In this document: positions 59,636-64,000 of the stretch, one piece after another | How positions within the stretch are numbered: the stretch's first letter is position 1 | Layout of the letters: every line of letters starts with the position of its first letter | Origin: Hyphomonadaceae bacterium | GTDB taxonomy: Bacteria > Pseudomonadota > Alphaproteobacteria > Caulobacterales > Hyphomonadaceae | Length of the DNA: 64,000 nucleotides | Reading direction: 5' to 3' | Assembly (NCBI GenBank): GCA_036795465.1 | Contig: DAIRES010000002.1 | Coordinates: 1,362-65,361 of the forward strand | Notes under the pieces: generated by a model | What the model was told of the DNA's origin: nothing | Database searches by the model: none | Seen by the model: the letters and a program-made list of their open reading frames with translations, nothing else | Translations under genes and position numbers: made by a program

Positions 59636-60406
59636 ATGACGGGGTCGCTGCCGGCCTGGGCTGTGAATATCGCCAAGTGGACGGCCATCTCTGTCGTCCT
59701 CGGGGTGATCTTCGCCTGGTTCGGCGTGTATCAGACTGGCCTGATCCCCTTCCCCGAACGGGTCGGCTACTGGAGCGTGCTGATCGCTATCGGGGCCGGC
59801 TTCAGCCTGCTCATCACCCCCTTTATCTTCGAGAAGTGGCTGGTGAAGTTCCATCCTGCCGTTCCGATCGCGGTCGCCTCGGTTGCCATCTCGGTCCCGG
59901 TGACGGCGGGGATCGTCACCCTTGAAGCGATGAGCGACGGCACGCTGACCCCGCCCGCATGGTGGGCCCAGCAATACTGTTATGTGCTGGTGGTATCGGT
60001 CGTCCTGACGACAGGCGCATGGGCCAGCGACCGGCTTTCCAATCAGAGGAAGACGGCGGCGGATGCGCCTGCTCCGGCGACGATACCTGCGGGTTCAGCT
60101 TTCGCTGACCGCCTGCCGGTCAAGTTCCGCGCCGGACAGGTCTATGCCGTGTCGGCCGAAGACCACTACCTCCGGGTCCACACCAGCCTCGGCGAGACCA
60201 TGATCCTGATGCGGCTGGCCGACGCCGTCCGCGAACTGGCGGCGCTTGAGGGCCAGCAGACGCATCGCTCGTGGTGGGTGGCCAGACAGGGCCTCGCCGA
60301 CGTGACGCGCGGCGACGGCAAGGTGACGCTGAAACTGAAGTCCGGCGCCGAGGCCCCGGTGAGCCGGACCTATCAGAAAGCGATCAAGGACGCGGGCTGG
60401 CTCTAG
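59636..60406 (+). CDS. membrane-anchored LytTR-family DNA-binding protein
   Basis: About four N-terminal TM helices. C-terminal LytTR domain (VYAVSAEDHYLRVHTSLGETMILMRLADAV..QTHRSWWV..VTLKLKSGAEAPVSRTY). Confidence 0.8.
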   Translation: MTGSLPAWAVNIAKWTAISVVLGVIFAWFGVYQTGLIPFPERVGYWSVLIAIGAGFSLLITPFIFEKWLVKFHPAVPIAVASVAISVPVTAGIVTLEAMSDGTLTPPAWWAQQYCYVLVVSVVLTTGAWASDRLSNQRKTAADAPAPATIPAGSAFADRLPVKFRAGQVYAVSAEDHYLRVHTSLGETMILMRLADAVRELAALEGQQTHRSWWVARQGLADVTRGDGKVTLKLKSGAEAPVSRTYQKAIKDAGWL

Positions 60407-60729
60407 TCTTCGTAATCGCTCTCGAACGTGATGTCCGGCAGCGCGGCGCGAAGTTTCGGCAGCAGCGCCCTCACCCGATCCTTGAACGGCGGATTGTCTT
60501 CATACCCGAACATGATGCGGTCAGGCGCGACGGCTTCGCCGCTGGCCGGATCGTCCCATGGAAAGGTGTCGTCATAATCCGTGATGAGCTGTTCGATCTC
60601 GTCGCGCAGCTCCTGCGGAATAGCGAGCGCTTCGGATTCGACGGGATAGCCGAAGCGCGCCTTCGCTTCGTCGTCATACGCCCAGAGCAGCACGCCCGAG
60701 CCAGCATCGAAGAACAAGCGCAGCAGCAT
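60403..60729 (-). CDS. small acidic hypothetical protein
   Basis: ATG 60729 (MLLRLFFDAGSGVLLWAYDDE..) lies 1 nt after the TAXI gene stop. 108 aa, Asp/Glu-rich, no signal peptide, no known motif. Confidence 0.5.
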   Translation of the reverse strand: MLLRLFFDAGSGVLLWAYDDEAKARFGYPVESEALAIPQELRDEIEQLITDYDDTFPWDDPASGEAVAPDRIMFGYEDNPPFKDRVRALLPKLRAALPDITFESDYED

Positions 60730-60730
60730 G

Positions 60731-62068
60731 TCAGATCCGCGCGTGGCGTTCCTGCGCCGCCAGCTTGTCGAGCAATTCGGCGACAAAGCGGATGTGGGCG
60801 CGTAGGCGATAAAGATCGTCGGTGTAACTCACGGGCACTTCGACATTGCCGGTTTCCGCCTGCAGGTCCGCCAGCTTGGCGCGAACCTCGGTGCGATCCT
60901 CCGGCGTCTGCGCCGCACGGCCCGCTGCTTCCAGCTCGCGCAGGTCGTTATACCAGACATAGATCTTGCGCCGGATGCGCCAGCGATAAAGCGGCGGCGC
61001 CGCACGTATCAGCGGGATCAGCAGCGTAATGAGCGGGATCGCCAGCACCCACGCGCGCTCGAAGAAATTGGCCACGCTGTAGGGGAAGATGCGCCGCATG
61101 AAGCTGGGGCCGTTCTTGTAATAGCGCGCAGCCTCATCCGAGATCGCAATGTCCGAAAGCTCCGACGTCGGGAACCGCCCCGGATCAGCCAGCAGCGAGC
61201 CGCCGCCATGCTCGCGGAACGCCGCCTCGATCAGCAGCGACTGGATCGCCGGATGCAGATCCTCGCGCACCGCGATCTGCGCGGCCGGCGCAATCAGCGT
61301 CACATCTTCACGCGGCAGGATGGCGGCAAGATCGATCACGCCCCGATAGAGTGTGACTTCATCGAGATACGCATGGCGCCGCGCTAGGGCGTGAGCTTCG
61401 CGCATCGACAACAACGCAACATCACGATCGGCGATCAGGTCTGCAATCCAGCCGGTCGTTGGGCCGGATACGACGAGCGCAACATCAACCTCGCCCGCCT
61501 TGAGAGCGGCAGCCGCTGCCTGCCCCGCAAGCGGGCTTGCAGTGTACTTGTCCGGCGTCATCCCCGCCTCAGTCAGCAGCAGCGTCGCGAGCGCCCGCAC
61601 GCCCGAACCTTCAGGCCCGATCGCCACGCGGCGGCCCGCAATATCCTGCAACTCGTTGATCGGCGCCGACGCGCGATGAAACACCCAGAGCGGCTCGTAG
61701 AATACAGCGCCAAGCGAGTTCACGCCCGCCGAGCCGAAATCAGCCGCAAGGCCGGTCTGCACAATGCCGATATCGGCTTCCTTCGCCTTGATCTTCGCGA
61801 GGTTGTCGACCGAACCCGCGGTCGAAAGCACCTCGACCTCAACGCCCTGCGCGCGCAGCGCCTTGGCATAACTCTCAGCCGTCGCCGCATAGGCGCCACC
61901 CGCCGCACCGCCAGCAATGACAACCTTCTTGGGCGGCGCAGGCGCCATGAACAGGAACGCGACCAGCAGTCCCAGCAGCACGATGACGATCGGCGCGCCG
62001 TAGAAGCGGAGAAATTGTTTCATGGCGGCTGACACGTCCCCGACTCTCTCGGGGCGCACCCTAGGCAT
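60731..62068 (-). CDS. TAXI-family (TRAP-type) solute-binding protein with N- and C-terminal membrane anchors
   Basis: TAXI/NMT1-like motifs (VVIAGGAAGGAYAATAESYAKAL, STAGSVDNLAKIKAKEADIGIVQ). TM1 APIVIVLLGLLVAFLFMAP and TM2 AWVLAIPLITLLIPLI, then a helical tail of about 110 aa. Start 62068 or ATG 62023. Confidence 0.8.
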   Translation of the reverse strand: MPRVRPERVGDVSAAMKQFLRFYGAPIVIVLLGLLVAFLFMAPAPPKKVVIAGGAAGGAYAATAESYAKALRAQGVEVEVLSTAGSVDNLAKIKAKEADIGIVQTGLAADFGSAGVNSLGAVFYEPLWVFHRASAPINELQDIAGRRVAIGPEGSGVRALATLLLTEAGMTPDKYTASPLAGQAAAAALKAGEVDVALVVSGPTTGWIADLIADRDVALLSMREAHALARRHAYLDEVTLYRGVIDLAAILPREDVTLIAPAAQIAVREDLHPAIQSLLIEAAFREHGGGSLLADPGRFPTSELSDIAISDEAARYYKNGPSFMRRIFPYSVANFFERAWVLAIPLITLLIPLIRAAPPLYRWRIRRKIYVWYNDLRELEAAGRAAQTPEDRTEVRAKLADLQAETGNVEVPVSYTDDLYRLRAHIRFVAELLDKLAAQERHARI

Positions 62069-62108
62069 GGTCGCGCGCGCCGTGAAGGGCGCGCGGCAGG
62101 CGCGAGCC

Positions 62109-63017
62109 TTATTCTGCCGCCTTCAGCGGCTCGAACGGCTTTTCGGGGTCGTTGGGCAGTATGTTCTCGACATAGGCGCGCACATGGTCGGTCACCGCCT
62201 GCGGATCGCCCCCGAGATGTTCCCACGGGATCTTCTTGCCGAAGGTGAGATGGAACTTGTCGCCCTGCTTGTTGAGCAGTTCGTGGAACAGCGTGATGTC
62301 GCGCAGCTCGCGGTTGATGTTGCAGAACCGGTAATAGAGCGCCGAGTTGCGCCCGTTGATATGAAGCGGCGTAAGCGGCGCCTTGTTCTTGCGCGCGAGC
62401 GTCACGGCGGTCGGCAGCCACGGCTCGTCCGTCAGCTTGCCATCCCGCATCTGCGCCAGCGCGCCGGAGGGAAAGATCATCAGCAGGCGCTCGGCGGCGA
62501 AGGCAGCGGAAGCGCGGCGCAGCGTCTCCTTCGTCTTTGCAATCGTCCGCTTGTCCTGCACCCACTCCACCGGAATGATGACGTCGGCGAACTTCGCATT
62601 GATGCGGCACGCATCGGCATTCGCCATGATCTCGATATCGGTGCGGATCGGCTTCAGGGCGGCCAGCGCAATCGAACCATCGGCAAGGCCCGTCGGATGA
62701 TTGGACACGATGACCGTGCGGCCCGCGCGCGGCACGCGCTCAAGCCCCGTGGCTGTCACGCGAAGGTCGAGCGCCTTGTCGAGATAGGCAAAGCACGCAT
62801 CGCCCGATGGCAGTTTCTTGATCTCGTCTGCCCAGCGCAGCGCCTTGCGATAGCCGAGCATGGAATACAGCACCGGGCGCACGACCGGCCATGACCAGTG
62901 CTGTACCCAGCTTGGGCACCGCTCCTCGATCATGATGTCGACAATGTGCCCGGGCCTTGTTTCCGCGTCGATAAACGCTGCAAGACCGCGGTCAGCGATT
63001 TCTGCTTGTTCAGGCAT
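62109..63017 (-). CDS. lysophospholipid acyltransferase family protein (PlsC-like)
   Basis: 302 aa. Acyltransferase blocks VSNHPTGLADG and IFPSGALA. 40 nt upstream of the TAXI gene on the same strand. Confidence 0.7.
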   Translation of the reverse strand: MPEQAEIADRGLAAFIDAETRPGHIVDIMIEERCPSWVQHWSWPVVRPVLYSMLGYRKALRWADEIKKLPSGDACFAYLDKALDLRVTATGLERVPRAGRTVIVSNHPTGLADGSIALAALKPIRTDIEIMANADACRINAKFADVIIPVEWVQDKRTIAKTKETLRRASAAFAAERLLMIFPSGALAQMRDGKLTDEPWLPTAVTLARKNKAPLTPLHINGRNSALYYRFCNINRELRDITLFHELLNKQGDKFHLTFGKKIPWEHLGGDPQAVTDHVRAYVENILPNDPEKPFEPLKAAE

Positions 63018-63207
63018 TCCAATCCCTACGCGCCACTCAACTTATCAAACTGCCTTGACTTGTTAACCATTCGTAACAGATAGCGGGTGAATATCAGTTG
63101 AAGAGTCTTTCGGGATTGCGAAACCTATCGCAGGGGAATTTCAATCTGCTGCCAGGCGCCTTTGGTCGGGAGGTCAGGCTGCGAAAAGAACATTGCGGGG
63201 GAAGTGC

Positions 63208-63645
63208 ATGAAAGTCTTGTGGGTGGAGGATCACGCCCGCGCCGGTGAACTTCTCGCCGCCGCTGCCGCCGCCGCATCGCGCAAGCGCTATGGCATCGAC
63301 CTCGTCATTGCGACCTCACTTCTGGATGCCGAGCGGAAGCTGCGGCTTGAGCGTTTCGAACTCGTCGTGATCGACCTGATGCTTCCCGATTCCACGGATG
63401 AAGACGCAACCGTCACGCGTATCGCCAGCATGGGCAAATTCCGCGTCGCCGTGGTGTCCGGCAGCGACAAGCGCGACGACGTTGTGAAAAGCCTCGTGCG
63501 CGCGGGCGTCGATTGCTCGCCGAAAGCTGTCGGCAAGGAAGACCTGCCGCTGGCCGACTTCGTGCGCCGACCCGAACTGTTCCGCGACTTCGTGCATTCG
63601 CTGATGCCCGACACGGGCGCGCCGCTGAAAGCCGCAACGCGCTAG
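63208..63645 (+). CDS. single-domain response regulator (receiver only)
   Basis: MKVLWVEDH.., acceptor Asp in LVVIDLMLPD. No output domain and no adjacent kinase. Confidence 0.75.
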   Translation: MKVLWVEDHARAGELLAAAAAAASRKRYGIDLVIATSLLDAERKLRLERFELVVIDLMLPDSTDEDATVTRIASMGKFRVAVVSGSDKRDDVVKSLVRAGVDCSPKAVGKEDLPLADFVRRPELFRDFVHSLMPDTGAPLKAATR

Positions 63646-63708
63646 CAGTCTCTCCCAACTTCCGCCGCGATCCCATGGCACGCCTTTCACCGGATGAAGG
63701 GGGCTTCC

Positions 63709-64000
63709 ATGCGCTTGATCGCCTTGGCCTTGCTGGCGCTTGCCGCCGCCACACCCGCAATGGCGCAGACGCCGGAAGACGAGGCAAAGATCCTCGCTGT
63801 CATTGCCGAATGGTATGAGCGGGTCGGCCATAACGAGGCGCGCCAGCCCTACGTGCTGATGGCGCCGGGCGGCATCAATGCCGGGCCGGGCTACGCCGAA
63901 ATCCCCTACCGACCGCCGAATGAGCGCAGCGCCGCCGCCTACCCTGGACCGTTCATCAACAACGAGCTGGCCTCGAAAGCGATGCGCTTCACCTACGACA
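63709..64000 (+). CDS. secreted hypothetical protein, 5' part (continues beyond window end)
   Basis: ATG 63709 after GAAGGGGG. The frame is open to the window end. Signal peptide MRLIALALLALAAATPAMAQ, then ..ILAVIAEWYERV.. (possibly an NTF2/SnoaL-like fold). Confidence 0.55.
   Translation, partial: MRLIALALLALAAATPAMAQTPEDEAKILAVIAEWYERVGHNEARQPYVLMAPGGINAGPGYAEIPYRPPNERSAAAYPGPFINNELASKAMRFTYD

Overview
High-GC (roughly 60-65% by eye) chromosomal segment with alphaproteobacterial hallmarks: an F1-only atpHAGD(C) operon, the rsfS-rlmH-envC-ctpA-yibQ-rppH cluster, priA/xerC, sucCDAB-lpdA and an HWE-type histidine kinase. About 65 protein-coding genes are supported. I saw no rRNA, tRNA, CRISPR array, transposase or phage genes. 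Housekeeping blocks alternate with accessory stretches that encode TonB-dependent receptors, one-component regulators (LuxR-PAS, HxlR, PadR, Crp-like, LysR, LytTR) and many secreted proteins or lipoproteins of unknown function. Main leads: (1) atpC is split from atpHAGD by a canonical intrinsic terminator and a 3-kb insertion. The insertion carries three tandem paralogues of a secreted-protein family I do not recognise, plus a membrane metallophosphoesterase. (2) A PadR gene and a DUF1700/HAAS-like membrane protein gene lie upstream of a 656-aa lipoprotein that combines thioredoxin-like, heme-c (CxxCH), PHM/DBH-like copper-monooxygenase and twin EF-hand modules. The promoter region of that lipoprotein gene holds a perfect 51-bp tandem duplication. 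(3) A 141-bp nested palindromic element lies just upstream of pyk, and one of its motifs recurs in the unusually long sucA-sucB spacer. (4) An orphan, doubly membrane-anchored TAXI binding protein sits in an apparent operon with an acyltransferase and a small acidic protein. (5) There is a low-GC orphan secreted-protein gene. (6) A terminator-like hairpin sits between sucC and sucD. All functional calls come from motif recognition by eye and from gene context. No database search, GC calculation or RNA folding was run.
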